Source: Desulfococcaceae bacterium
Lineage (GTDB): Bacteria; Desulfobacterota; Desulfobacteria; Desulfobacterales; Desulfococcaceae
Reading direction: 5' to 3'
DNA: 64,000 nt
Assembly (NCBI GenBank): GCA_046541515.1
Contig: JBKHDD010000005.1
Span: forward strand, 647-64,646
Program-made: the position numbers and the translations under genes
Shown: positions 7,863 through 16,888 of the stretch, one piece after another
How the letters are laid out: the number at the start of each line of letters is the position of its first letter
Position numbering within the stretch: the stretch's first letter is position 1
Notes under the pieces: model-generated
Told to the model about the DNA's origin: nothing
What the model saw: the letters and a program-made list of their open reading frames with translations, nothing else
Databases searched by the model: none

Positions 7863-10800
7863 TGACGCGCCCCCTCTCCCCGCCGTTCGATTTCACGCCC
7901 AAAAACAGGCTGTACAGCACCGGTGTCACCCCCAGCGTCAGCACCGTTCCCACCGCCAACCCAAAGGCGATGACACTGGCCATGCCGTAAAACAAGGCGT
8001 CGCGGAAGAGAATCAGCGGCAGCAGGCCGAGAATCGTGGTGAGGGTGGTCATGACGATGGGCCGCAGTCGGCGGACGCAGGCGGAGATGACCGCCTCCGC
8101 CGGGTCGTCAAGGGTTTCCCGATCCATGTCGATCCGGTCAAGCAGGACGATGGCGTTGTTGATGATGATCCCGGCCAAGGAGTACAAGCCCAGGGTCACC
8201 ATGAAGCCGAAATTGGCGCCCATGACCGCCAGGCCGATCACCGCGCCGATCAACAGCAGGGGAACCGTGAGCAAAATGACGACGGCCCGGCGGAAGGAGT
8301 TGAACTGGGCGATCATCAGAATGACGATCAGCCCCAGGCAGAGCGGCGCGTTGGCGGAAAGGGCCGCCTGGGCGTCGGCGGATTCCTGGATGACGCCGTC
8401 GTATTCGATGGCGTGGGCGGGCGGCAGCGCGGCTTCGATTTCGTCCAGCTTCGGCTGGATCAGCGGGACCATGGCCTCGGCGGTCATGATCGTGTTTTTG
8501 GCCTCCACGGTGATGGTGCGGAAGAGGTTTTTCCGTTGAATGCGCGAAAAATTGTTGACCAGTTCGACATCGGCCACCTGCATGAGCGGAACGGGGGCCT
8601 TACGTCCCCGAGAATAGACCGTCACGGTGCGGACCCGGTCCAGGTCGAACCGCTCCCGCTCGGGCGCCCGAACCACGATGGGAAAGATGTCGTCCCCTTC
8701 CCGGAATTCCGAGACCCGGAGGCCGGAAAAATAGCTCTCCATGGATTGCGCCACGTCGTCGGAGGTCACCCCGGCCCGTTTGGCCCGCCTCTGGTCCACG
8801 TTCACCCGGATCTGGGTGATCCGGTTTTCCCAATCGGTTTTGACGTCGATGGCGCCGGGCACGTTTCGGAGCACGGCTTTGATCCGATCCGCCGTCTCGT
8901 AGATGAAATCGGCGTCGGGCCCCTTCACCTGAATTTCGATTTTGGTGGAATCGCTGGGTCCCAGAAACATCTTGGTCACCCGGGCCCGGACTTCGGGGTG
9001 GCGTTCGTTGAACATGGCCCGCAATTCTTGGATGGTCGGGTCCATGTGTTCCAGCCCGTCGATGTTGAGGACGATGAATCCCTTGCTTTCGTCGGGATCG
9101 ATGGGCGTGAGGGACAAAACGAACCGGGGGCCGCCGAAGCCGCCGTAGGCCGCGAAGCTTTCCACGTGGGGAAACCGCTCCCGGTCTTCCAGGGAGGCGG
9201 AAATCTCCCGGATGGCCGCGTCGGTCTTGCGCATCGAACTGCCGGCGGGCAGGTCCAGATAGACCAGAATCTGGGTGCGGTCCGAGTCGGGGAAGAATTT
9301 CTTGGGCAGGTGCGGCAGGGTGAAGACCGCCCCCGCGAACAGGACGACAATCAGCAGGAGAAACAGGAGTCGCCACCGAAGAATCCGCCGGAGCGCACCC
9401 TCGTATCCCCGGTTCATCCGGTCGAAAATTCCCGTGATTCCCCGCTGGACCGCCGATTTGTTCTCCCGCCGTTTCACCGCGATGAATCGATGGCAGAGGG
9501 TCGGGGTCACCGTCAGCGCGATGACCCAGGAACTCAGCAGGGTGATGAGGATGACCAGGGAGATGGACCGGGTGTACTCCCCGGCCACGTGCTCCGCCAG
9601 CATGAGCGGCAGAAAGACGACGATGGTGGTCAGCGACGAGGTCAGCAGCGGGATGGCCAGGGTGCGGCCGGAATCCCGCAGGGCCTGGTCGCGGCTTTCG
9701 CCGTCCTCCAGCCGCCGCTTGAAATCCTCGGCGATGACGATTCCGTTGTCCACCAGCAGCCCCAAGGAAATGATCAGCGTGGCCAGACTCATTCGCTCCA
9801 GGGTCATGCCGTTGAAGTTCATGATGGCCAGGGTCACCAGCATGACCGTGGGCACGATGGTCCCGACGATGAGGCCGGTTCGCAGTCCGAGAAAGAGGAT
9901 CACCACCGCGAGGACGATTGCCAGGGTTTGGAGCACGTTGAGGGTGACGCCGTAGACCGCGTTTTCCACCTGATCCACCTGGTAGGTGGCGATGTCCAGA
10001 TGGTAGCCGGCCGGCAGCCGGTTTCCGATCTCGTCCAGCAGGGCTTTGACCCGGGGGCCGAAGTCCAGCACGTTGGCGTTGTCGGCCATGGCGATGGCGA
10101 AGACAATCGCCGGCTCTCCGTTGAAATAGGCGGTCCGCTCCGGCGGATCCACGTAGCCCCGGGTGACCGCGGCGATCTCCCGCAGCGGAATGCTCTCCCC
10201 CCGGCCGGGAACCGGGATCAGGGTGTTCCGGATGTCTTCCACCGTCTCGAAATTGCCGGTGGGCTGGATGAGGAACGCCTTGCCCCGGGCCTCGGCCGCG
10301 CCGCCGGGGCGGATGATGTTCTGTTGCTGGAGCAGGGCGATCAGCTCCGCGGGCGAGATATTGAACTGGGCCAGCCGGGCGTTGGCGGTTTCGATGAAAA
10401 TCCGCTCGGCCTGGGCGCCGAGGATGTCCACTTTTTCCGTGCCCTGGATTCCGTAGAGCGTGTCCCGGATGTGCTGGGCCATGTCGAACATCTCGGCCAT
10501 TTCGAAGCCCTCGGCCCACAGCGCGGCGGTGACCACGGCCACGTCCCCGAAATTGTCGTTGACCATGGGCGTTCCGGTCCCCTCGGGCAAATCGGGCCGG
10601 ACTTGGTCGATGGCGTTGCGGACGTCGTCCCAAATCTGGTCCAGATCGAAAAATCGGTCGTAGGCCTCGACGTGGATCACGGATCGGCCGGGATGGGAGG
10701 TGGAGCGAATCTCCTCGATTTCCGGAACGGTGCGGATGGCCTCTTCCAGCGTCTTGGTGATGAGCAGCTCCACCCGGTCCGGCGGCAGCCCGGGAAATCG

Positions 10801-10947
10801 GGTGGTGATCACCGCCTCGCGGATGGTGATTTCCGGGTCCTCCCGGGCCGGGAGGGTGAAATAGCTGACGAAGCCGAAAACCATCAGCACCAGCAGCAGG
10901 GCGAAGACGACCCGTTTGTGGCGGAACGCGATGACGGAAAAGTCCAT
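7852..10947 (-). CDS. RND efflux transporter, AcrB/HAE1-like inner-membrane pump
   Basis: 1031 aa. N-terminus MDFSVIAFRHKRVVFALLLVLMVFGFVSYFTLPAREDPEITI, with large periplasmic loops alternating with TM bundles and the characteristic length and layout of the AcrB/AcrD/AcrF family. Confidence 0.92.
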   Translation of the reverse strand: MDFSVIAFRHKRVVFALLLVLMVFGFVSYFTLPAREDPEITIREAVITTRFPGLPPDRVELLITKTLEEAIRTVPEIEEIRSTSHPGRSVIHVEAYDRFFDLDQIWDDVRNAIDQVRPDLPEGTGTPMVNDNFGDVAVVTAALWAEGFEMAEMFDMAQHIRDTLYGIQGTEKVDILGAQAERIFIETANARLAQFNISPAELIALLQQQNIIRPGGAAEARGKAFLIQPTGNFETVEDIRNTLIPVPGRGESIPLREIAAVTRGYVDPPERTAYFNGEPAIVFAIAMADNANVLDFGPRVKALLDEIGNRLPAGYHLDIATYQVDQVENAVYGVTLNVLQTLAIVLAVVILFLGLRTGLIVGTIVPTVMLVTLAIMNFNGMTLERMSLATLIISLGLLVDNGIVIAEDFKRRLEDGESRDQALRDSGRTLAIPLLTSSLTTIVVFLPLMLAEHVAGEYTRSISLVILITLLSSWVIALTVTPTLCHRFIAVKRRENKSAVQRGITGIFDRMNRGYEGALRRILRWRLLFLLLIVVLFAGAVFTLPHLPKKFFPDSDRTQILVYLDLPAGSSMRKTDAAIREISASLEDRERFPHVESFAAYGGFGGPRFVLSLTPIDPDESKGFIVLNIDGLEHMDPTIQELRAMFNERHPEVRARVTKMFLGPSDSTKIEIQVKGPDADFIYETADRIKAVLRNVPGAIDVKTDWENRITQIRVNVDQRRAKRAGVTSDDVAQSMESYFSGLRVSEFREGDDIFPIVVRAPERERFDLDRVRTVTVYSRGRKAPVPLMQVADVELVNNFSRIQRKNLFRTITVEAKNTIMTAEAMVPLIQPKLDEIEAALPPAHAIEYDGVIQESADAQAALSANAPLCLGLIVILMIAQFNSFRRAVVILLTVPLLLIGAVIGLAVMGANFGFMVTLGLYSLAGIIINNAIVLLDRIDMDRETLDDPAEAVISACVRRLRPIVMTTLTTILGLLPLILFRDALFYGMASVIAFGLAVGTVLTLGVTPVLYSLFLGVKSNGGERGRVNET

Positions 10948-10956
10948 GACGGGCCC

Positions 10957-12093
10957 CTATTCGTTGAAGGTCTGGACGTCCCGGTTGAGCAGGGTCACCC
11001 GCTGGCCGTCCCGGAGAAAGGGCAGCCCCGCCTTGACGATGATGTCCCCGGCGGAAAGCCCGCGGGAGACGTAGCCGTGCGGGCCGGACAGATGGGCGAT
11101 GGTCACCGGTTGGGCCGCGATGGTTTCCGTTTCGGGATCGTAGCGGAAGACGTAGTGATCCTCGCCCTCGGCGGCCTCGAAGGCGGTGACCGGGATGGGG
11201 AACCAGGATTCCGCGCGTTCCGCGGGAGCGCCGTTCCCGTTCTCCCCGTCCATGGCGAAATCCACCTCCGCCGTCATGCCCGGACGCAGGCCGGACAGCG
11301 GTTCCGACAGCGCGAGCGTGACCGGGAAAGCGTTGGCGTTTTCGGCCCGGGCGCCGATTTCGACGATTTCCGCCGAGACCTCCAGATCGGGCCGCGCGGG
11401 AAATTCCACCGTTTTCCGCCCGCCGACCTGGAGCCGGCCCACCAGGGTTTCCGGCACGGAGACGGCCACTTCCAGTTTTTGATCGCCCTGGATTTCCAAG
11501 GCCGGTTGCCCCGGCGACACCCGCTGGGACGGTTCGATTTGCCGGCTGGAGACCGATCCGTCGTAGGGCGCCGTGAGCCGGGCGTCGGCCAAATCCTCTT
11601 TGGCCAGGTCCAGTCGGGCTTCCGCCACCGTCACCTGATTCCGGGCGGCCTCGTAGGCGGCCTTGGAGAGATCGAAATCGGCCTGGGACACGGCGCCGGC
11701 CTCCACGAGATTCCGCTTGCGCCGAAAATCGTTCCGGGCCTCTTCGAACCGGGCACGGGCTTCGGACAACGCCCCTTCCCGCTGGCGAACCGTTAGCGCG
11801 TACGTTCGGTCGTCCAGCGTGGCCAGAACGTCGTCCTTCTGGAAAGTTTCCCCAAGTTCGACGTTCACCGTCTCCACCTTGCCGGCCACCTCGAAGCTGA
11901 GTTCCGCCTTGTCCGCCGGGGCCACGATTCCGGACAACCGACGGTTCACCTGTCCATTGCCGGATTCGAGCTGAATCCAGGCGACGGTTTTGGGGGGAAG
12001 CTCGGTCGTTTCGCCGTCCGCGTTTTCGCAAGCCGCGAGACTGAAAGCGGCGAGCAAAAGGATCGGCGGAATCAGATATCGCTCCAGGATCAT
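10957..12093 (-). CDS. RND periplasmic adaptor (membrane fusion protein, HlyD/AcrA family), lipoprotein
   Basis: Lipobox LLLAAFSLAAC. Contains a coiled-coil hairpin (..SEARARFEEARNDFRRKRNLVEAGAVSQADFD..AEARLDLAKEDLADARLTAPYDG) and beta-barrel segments. It ends 9 nt before the RND gene. Confidence 0.9.
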   Translation of the reverse strand: MILERYLIPPILLLAAFSLAACENADGETTELPPKTVAWIQLESGNGQVNRRLSGIVAPADKAELSFEVAGKVETVNVELGETFQKDDVLATLDDRTYALTVRQREGALSEARARFEEARNDFRRKRNLVEAGAVSQADFDLSKAAYEAARNQVTVAEARLDLAKEDLADARLTAPYDGSVSSRQIEPSQRVSPGQPALEIQGDQKLEVAVSVPETLVGRLQVGGRKTVEFPARPDLEVSAEIVEIGARAENANAFPVTLALSEPLSGLRPGMTAEVDFAMDGENGNGAPAERAESWFPIPVTAFEAAEGEDHYVFRYDPETETIAAQPVTIAHLSGPHGYVSRGLSAGDIIVKAGLPFLRDGQRVTLLNRDVQTFNE

Positions 12094-12141
12094 GATGAAT
12101 TTCCTTGGTTTGGTTTGGCTTCCGTGTCAATCGACCAATTT

Positions 12142-12157
12142 AATCAATCGATTGATT
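12142..12157. promoter_or_regulatory. perfect 16-bp palindrome AATCAATCGATTGATT, candidate TetR operator of the efflux operon
   Basis: Lies 49-64 nt upstream of the adaptor start codon in the divergent efflux/prfC intergenic region. The related half-site motif TGTCAATCG recurs at 12125-12133 and 12189-12197. Confidence 0.5.
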
Positions 12158-12341
12158 GAAGCGAGAAGGTAGAATGGGACGGGAGGATTGTCAATCGGGA
12201 ATTGAGCCGGGACCATCTCCAATCCCACCTTAAAATTTATTTTACGATCCCTTCCCCTTCTGCTATACTTGACAATTTCGCTCATCCCATCATCCGACAT
12301 TCGTCGAACCATCCCGGCCAGCGGCCGGATTTGAGGCATCC

Positions 12342-14012
12342 ATGAACAGCACAGCCGAAGCGCTCGCGGAAACGGCGGCGCCCCAGACCCAAAATCAGTC
12401 CCAAAATCAGTCCCAAAACCAGACCAAAAATTCCCGCAAGGCGGAAATCGCCCGACGGCGCACCTTTGGAATCATCAGCCATCCCGACGCCGGAAAGACC
12501 ACCCTCACCGAAAAGTTGCTGCTCTTCGGCGGGGCCATCAAACTGGCGGGGGCGGTCAAGGCCCGCAAGGCCAATCGACACGCCACCAGCGACTGGATGG
12601 CCATCGAGCAGGAGCGCGGGATCTCCGTAACCAGCTCCGTGATGAAATTCGAATACCGGAATTACGAAATCAACCTGCTGGACACCCCCGGCCACGAGGA
12701 TTTCTCCGAGGACACCTATCGCGTCCTCACCGCCGTGGACAGCGCGGTGATGGTCATCGACAGCGTGAAGGGCGTGGAGCCCCAGACCCGGAAGCTGATG
12801 GAGGTCTGCCGGATGCGCAACACGCCGATTCTCACCTTCATCAACAAGCTGGACCGGGAGGGCATGTCGCCCATCGATCTGATGGGCGACATCGAGGAGA
12901 AGCTCCAGATCGAATGCGCGCCGCTCACCTGGCCCATCGGCATGGGCAAGCGGTTCAAGGGGACCTACAACCTGTACCGCAAGGAGCTGAACCTGTTCAC
13001 CGCCGGGGAGGATCGGGTCGGCCAGGAGATGGTCACCATCCGGGATCTGGACGACCCCGCCCTGGACGAGGCTTTGGGCGAGAGCGACGCGAACGCCCTG
13101 CGGGAGGACATCGAACTGCTGGAGGGCGCGGCCGATCCCTTCGACTTGGATCTGTATCGCCAAGGCACCCAGACGCCGGTTTTCTTCGGCAGCGCCATCA
13201 ACAATTTCGGCGTCCGGGAAATGTTGGACGCCTTCGTGGAAGTGGCGCCCGGTCCCCTGCCTCGGGAAACCACCACGCGTATGGTGGACCCCGAGGAGGA
13301 GCAGTTCACCGGCTTCATCTTCAAAATCCAGGCGAACATGGACCCGGCCCACCGGGACCGGCTGGCGTTTTTGCGGGTCTGCTCCGGCCGGTTTCAGCGG
13401 GGCATGAAAATTCGCCATCATCGAATCGGAAAGGACATCCAGGTGGCCAACCCAATCATCTTCATGGCCCAGGACCGGGCCATCGCCGAGGACGCCTGGC
13501 CCGGCGACATCATCGGGATTCACAACCACGGAACCATCAAAATCGGCGACGCCTTTTCGGACAAGGAGCCGCTCAAATTCACCGGGATTCCCAATTTCGC
13601 CCCGGAACATTTCCGCCGGGTGCGGCTGAAATCGCCGCTCAAGGCCAAGCAATTGTTGAAGGGATTGACCCAGCTCGCCGAGGAAGGCGCGGTTCAGTTT
13701 TTCCGGCCGCTCATGGGAAGCGATTTTATTTTGGGGGCCGTGGGGGCGCTTCAGTTCGACGTGACGGTGGGCCGGCTCAAGGCCGAGTACGGGGTGGACG
13801 CCACCTACGAAGGGGTGGGATACGCCGCCGCCCGCTGGGTCTACTGCGACGACCGCAAGCGGCTGGCCGAATTCCAGGCCGCCAACCAGGCCTACCTGGC
13901 CCTGGACGCCGAGGAAAACCTCACCTTCCTCGCCGACGGCGCCTGGCGGCTGGATTTCGTGGCGGAGCGCTGGCCGGACGTGACCTTCGCGAAGACGCGG
14001 GAGCATTTGTAG
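12342..14012 (+). CDS. prfC: peptide chain release factor 3 (translational GTPase)
   Basis: Contains [66 protein letters not shown] and [10 protein letters not shown] (G1-G4 motifs in RF3 context). It carries an unusual ~30-aa N-terminal extension with QNQS repeats. Confidence 0.95.
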   Translation: MNSTAEALAETAAPQTQNQSQNQSQNQTKNSRKAEIARRRTFGIISHPDAGKTTLTEKLLLFGGAIKLAGAVKARKANRHATSDWMAIEQERGISVTSSVMKFEYRNYEINLLDTPGHEDFSEDTYRVLTAVDSAVMVIDSVKGVEPQTRKLMEVCRMRNTPILTFINKLDREGMSPIDLMGDIEEKLQIECAPLTWPIGMGKRFKGTYNLYRKELNLFTAGEDRVGQEMVTIRDLDDPALDEALGESDANALREDIELLEGAADPFDLDLYRQGTQTPVFFGSAINNFGVREMLDAFVEVAPGPLPRETTTRMVDPEEEQFTGFIFKIQANMDPAHRDRLAFLRVCSGRFQRGMKIRHHRIGKDIQVANPIIFMAQDRAIAEDAWPGDIIGIHNHGTIKIGDAFSDKEPLKFTGIPNFAPEHFRRVRLKSPLKAKQLLKGLTQLAEEGAVQFFRPLMGSDFILGAVGALQFDVTVGRLKAEYGVDATYEGVGYAAARWVYCDDRKRLAEFQAANQAYLALDAEENLTFLADGAWRLDFVAERWPDVTFAKTREHL

Positions 14013-14052
14013 GCGCGGGACAGAATTCCGTCGAAAAATTCCCCAGCCCCGG

Positions 14053-14146
14053 AACCGTTCATTCCCGGGAAAATGGCAGGGGCGTATCCCATGCGCCCAC
14101 CGTCAATCCGACACGATTGCCCCTTTGAAATCCCAAGCCGAAGGGC
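14053..14146. repeat. miniature repeat element, diverged copy
   Basis: Begins GGAACCGTTCATTCCCGGGAAAAT and has central hairpin GGGCGTAT-ccc-ATGCGCCC (14080-14098). It ends ..TTTGAAATCCCAAGCCGAAGGGC and sits between convergent prfC and the REC-CheW gene. Confidence 0.65.
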
Positions 14147-14294
14147 GCGGCAGCTTGCCCCCTCTTGAAAATCCGGCAAAGAGTCCGGACATCCCCGCCA
14201 AAAACAAAAACGCCCCGGGCTGCCCATTTGGGCCTCCCGGGGCGTTGTCCTTTGCGTTCCCCGCGACGTCTTCGGCGAAAATTCTCCCCCGGCG

Positions 14295-16241
14295 CTATTC
14301 CGCCATCACCGCGTCGATGTCCAGCAACACTTTGAGGCTGTCCTCCACCTTGGCCATGGCCGAGATGAAGCTGGTTTTCACGTCCGCGCCGAAGTGGGGC
14401 ATGTCCTCGATATCCTTCGCCCGGATGGAGAGGACCTCCAGCACGGTGTCCACCACCACGCCCATGTAGAAGATCTCGCCGTTCCGACTCAGCTCCAGCA
14501 CGATGATGCAGGTGCGATCGGTGTATTCCGTCTCCTCCATGCCGAATTTCAGCCGCAGGTCCATCACCGGAATTACCTGATCCCGCAGCCGAACCACCCC
14601 TTTGATGTAATGGGCCGACTGGGGCAGGCTTCGGATGGGCAGCATCCCGATGATTTCCTTGATCCGGGAAATGTCGATCCCGTATTCCTGATTGGCCAGC
14701 TGAAAGGTGAGATAGGTGCCTTCGGCGTTCAGCATCGACTTGGCTTCGGTGTGGGTCCGGTCCACCTCCCCGCGTTGCAGAATCCGCATTACCGAATCCG
14801 CGTCGTCGGTCAGCATGGGCCGATAGTTGGGGCGATTGGCCACGTCCTCGCCGCAGGCCGCCCGGGTGAATCGGGTGTCGATGAACCGGTCCAGATCGAT
14901 TCGCGCGCCGATGCCCATCTGCTCCACCATGTAGTCCTGAATCACTTGAAAGTCGGCCACCCGGGGATACAGGTCGTCGGTCTTGATGCCGTAGGATTCG
15001 GTCAGCACGTTTTTCAGCAGCGGCGTTTTGAGGCCCAGGGACTTGTCCGGGTCCAGAAAGGCCACCGCGATTTCGGCCGCCTTTTCCGGCTTCTGGGAGA
15101 TAAATTTCCCCGCCTCCACCAGCATTCCGCAGAATTCGTGAACCGCGTCCGGACATTCGTCGATGAAGTCGTCCCGCATGGCCACGATGCAGCAGGGATG
15201 TTGTTGCCACAGTTCTCCGGAAAGAAATTGAAGGTCGGCGATGTTGGAGGCGACGGCCTTGGTGCCCAAGGGTTCCGCCACCATGAACCCGCTGGCGTTG
15301 GGGTGTTCCTTGAGAAACTGGGGCATTTTGACCGGCGCGACCACCTCGAAGTTTACGTCGGCGTCTTTTCCCAGCATGCCGGAGCCGAGCCCCGCCCGTC
15401 GAAAAAAGAGATGAGCCAGCATGTGGTGGATGGAAAGTTTGTGGGGAATCAGAAAGAATTTTTTTCGGAAGAAATCCGGATAGGGCGGGCGGTAATCGCC
15501 CCGGCGATTCCGAACGAAAATGCTGCCGTTTTTGTGGGCCAGCATCACCATCCGGATGGGGACTTGGTATCGGAACAGGTCCATGGCGATGGGGGCCAAG
15601 ATGCAGGCGGCGTCCACCCAGCCGTTTTCCAGGGATTCCGCCACCGGGTTCCAGCTTGACAGGCAGCGGGTTTCCAGCTCGAAATGCTTGGGCGGGGTTT
15701 CCGCGGTCTCCACCATGTGCTTCAGCACCCCCAGCACCAGGTGGTCGGTGATTTGAATATGGGCCACCCGCAGTTTGGTTTTGCCCGAGGCGGCCCGCTG
15801 GGGGCCGGCGGCCTGTTCGGGGCCTCGATCGGCCTCGGTTTCCAACCCCAGGGACTGCCTGATTTTGGCCATCAATTCGTCGCCGTCGAAGGGCTTGGCG
15901 ATGAAGCCGTTGACCCCCGCCTCCATGGCCTTTCGCTGCTGATCGATATCCCCCTGTCCGGTGGCCATCAGGAAAGGCAGCGCCGGTTTTTCGTGATTGT
16001 TCCGAATCCAGGACAGCAGCTCGAAGCCGTCCCGTTTGGGCATGTTCCAGTCGCTGATGACGATGTCGATGTCCAGGGTTTCCTTGAGGACGGCGACGGC
16101 GACATCGCCGTCCTCCGCCTCCCGGATGTTTTCAAAGCCAAGCCGGCGAAGGGTCTGCGTTTCGATCTTCCGCATGACCGCCGCGTCTTCCACCAGCAAA
16201 ACCGATACGCGTTTTGGATCAATGGGCATGGGATTCACCAT
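14295..16241 (-). CDS. three-domain fusion: CheY-like receiver + NrtA/NasS-like (NitT/TauT periplasmic-binding-fold) domain + CheW domain
   Basis: REC: VSVLLVEDAAVMRK..VISDWNMPKRDGFELL..FLMATG..FIAKPF. Middle: LRVAHIQITDHLVLGVLKH..LSSWNPVAESLENGWVDAACILAPIAMD..MVAEPLGTKAV..ELWQQHPCCIVAMRDDF matches the NrtA/CmpA/NasS pattern. C-terminus: TYLTFQLANQEYGIDISRIKEIIGMLPIRSLPQSAHYIKGVVRLRDQVIPVMDLRLKFG is a CheW fold. No signal peptide is present. Confidence 0.85.
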   Translation of the reverse strand: MVNPMPIDPKRVSVLLVEDAAVMRKIETQTLRRLGFENIREAEDGDVAVAVLKETLDIDIVISDWNMPKRDGFELLSWIRNNHEKPALPFLMATGQGDIDQQRKAMEAGVNGFIAKPFDGDELMAKIRQSLGLETEADRGPEQAAGPQRAASGKTKLRVAHIQITDHLVLGVLKHMVETAETPPKHFELETRCLSSWNPVAESLENGWVDAACILAPIAMDLFRYQVPIRMVMLAHKNGSIFVRNRRGDYRPPYPDFFRKKFFLIPHKLSIHHMLAHLFFRRAGLGSGMLGKDADVNFEVVAPVKMPQFLKEHPNASGFMVAEPLGTKAVASNIADLQFLSGELWQQHPCCIVAMRDDFIDECPDAVHEFCGMLVEAGKFISQKPEKAAEIAVAFLDPDKSLGLKTPLLKNVLTESYGIKTDDLYPRVADFQVIQDYMVEQMGIGARIDLDRFIDTRFTRAACGEDVANRPNYRPMLTDDADSVMRILQRGEVDRTHTEAKSMLNAEGTYLTFQLANQEYGIDISRIKEIIGMLPIRSLPQSAHYIKGVVRLRDQVIPVMDLRLKFGMEETEYTDRTCIIVLELSRNGEIFYMGVVVDTVLEVLSIRAKDIEDMPHFGADVKTSFISAMAKVEDSLKVLLDIDAVMAE

Positions 16242-16575
16242 GAGGGACGAGATTCAGGCGACGTTTCGCCGCCGGTGCCGGGCGCCGAGCCCGCCAAGGG
16301 CCAAATCCAACCACGCACCGGGACGGCCTGGCGACCGCGGAACCGCCGCAAGGGCGCTTTCCGGGGCCGCCCGCCAATGAAAAAGGGTCCAATGTCGGGC
16401 GGGATGACAGGGCGACTCTAAAAGGGAACGGCCGGGGGGTCAAGGGAAATGCGGAAAATGAAAACGACGACCCTCCGAACCGAACCGAACCGGATGGGAT
16501 GGGCTGAATGGGAAAGAGAAATTTTGTTTTATCCGTCTCGACTTGGGAATGAAAAAGTATGGATAAAACAACCCG

Positions 16576-16848
16576 TTGAGTCAACGTCGTCGGATGGGCG
16601 GAGCGTTCAACAGTTCCCTGCGCCGCAGGAACTCAACTTTTCGCAGAAAGTCGAACACTTATGCGAAAAATGAAAGCGGCCTTCAAAAAATTCTCGACGT
16701 GTATTGGGTGGTTCACAATTTCATGCGAACACATTTCACCACGAAGCAAGTTCCGGCCGTTTCCATAGGAATTCTTGACGAAGCGATTTCCTGGGAAGAA
16801 CTCTTGATGATTCCAACGGCCGCCCAATGGACCGTCCCATTCAACTGA
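16576..16848 (+). pseudogene. C-terminal remnant of a DDE-type IS transposase
   Basis: The translation ..AFNSSLRRRNSTFRRKSNTYAKNESGLQKILDVYWVVHNFMRTHFTTKQVPAVSIGILDEAISWEELL matches the conserved C-terminal tail of many IS transposases (..FSK....HNF.R.H..L...TPA...G......W.ELL). No catalytic N-terminal part is present. A neighbouring frame (16449-16673) carries a shifted ..ELNFSQKVEHL piece. Confidence 0.6.
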
Positions 16849-16888
16849 ACCAGTGCCCCCCATTTAATCTGATCTTAAATGGCTGTAT

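Noticed and set aside
16449-16673. 74-aa ORF upstream of and overlapping the transposase remnant.
   Set aside because: Only its last ~12 residues (..ELNFSQKVEHL) resemble transposase sequence. The rest has no support, so it is treated as part of the decayed IS rather than a gene.
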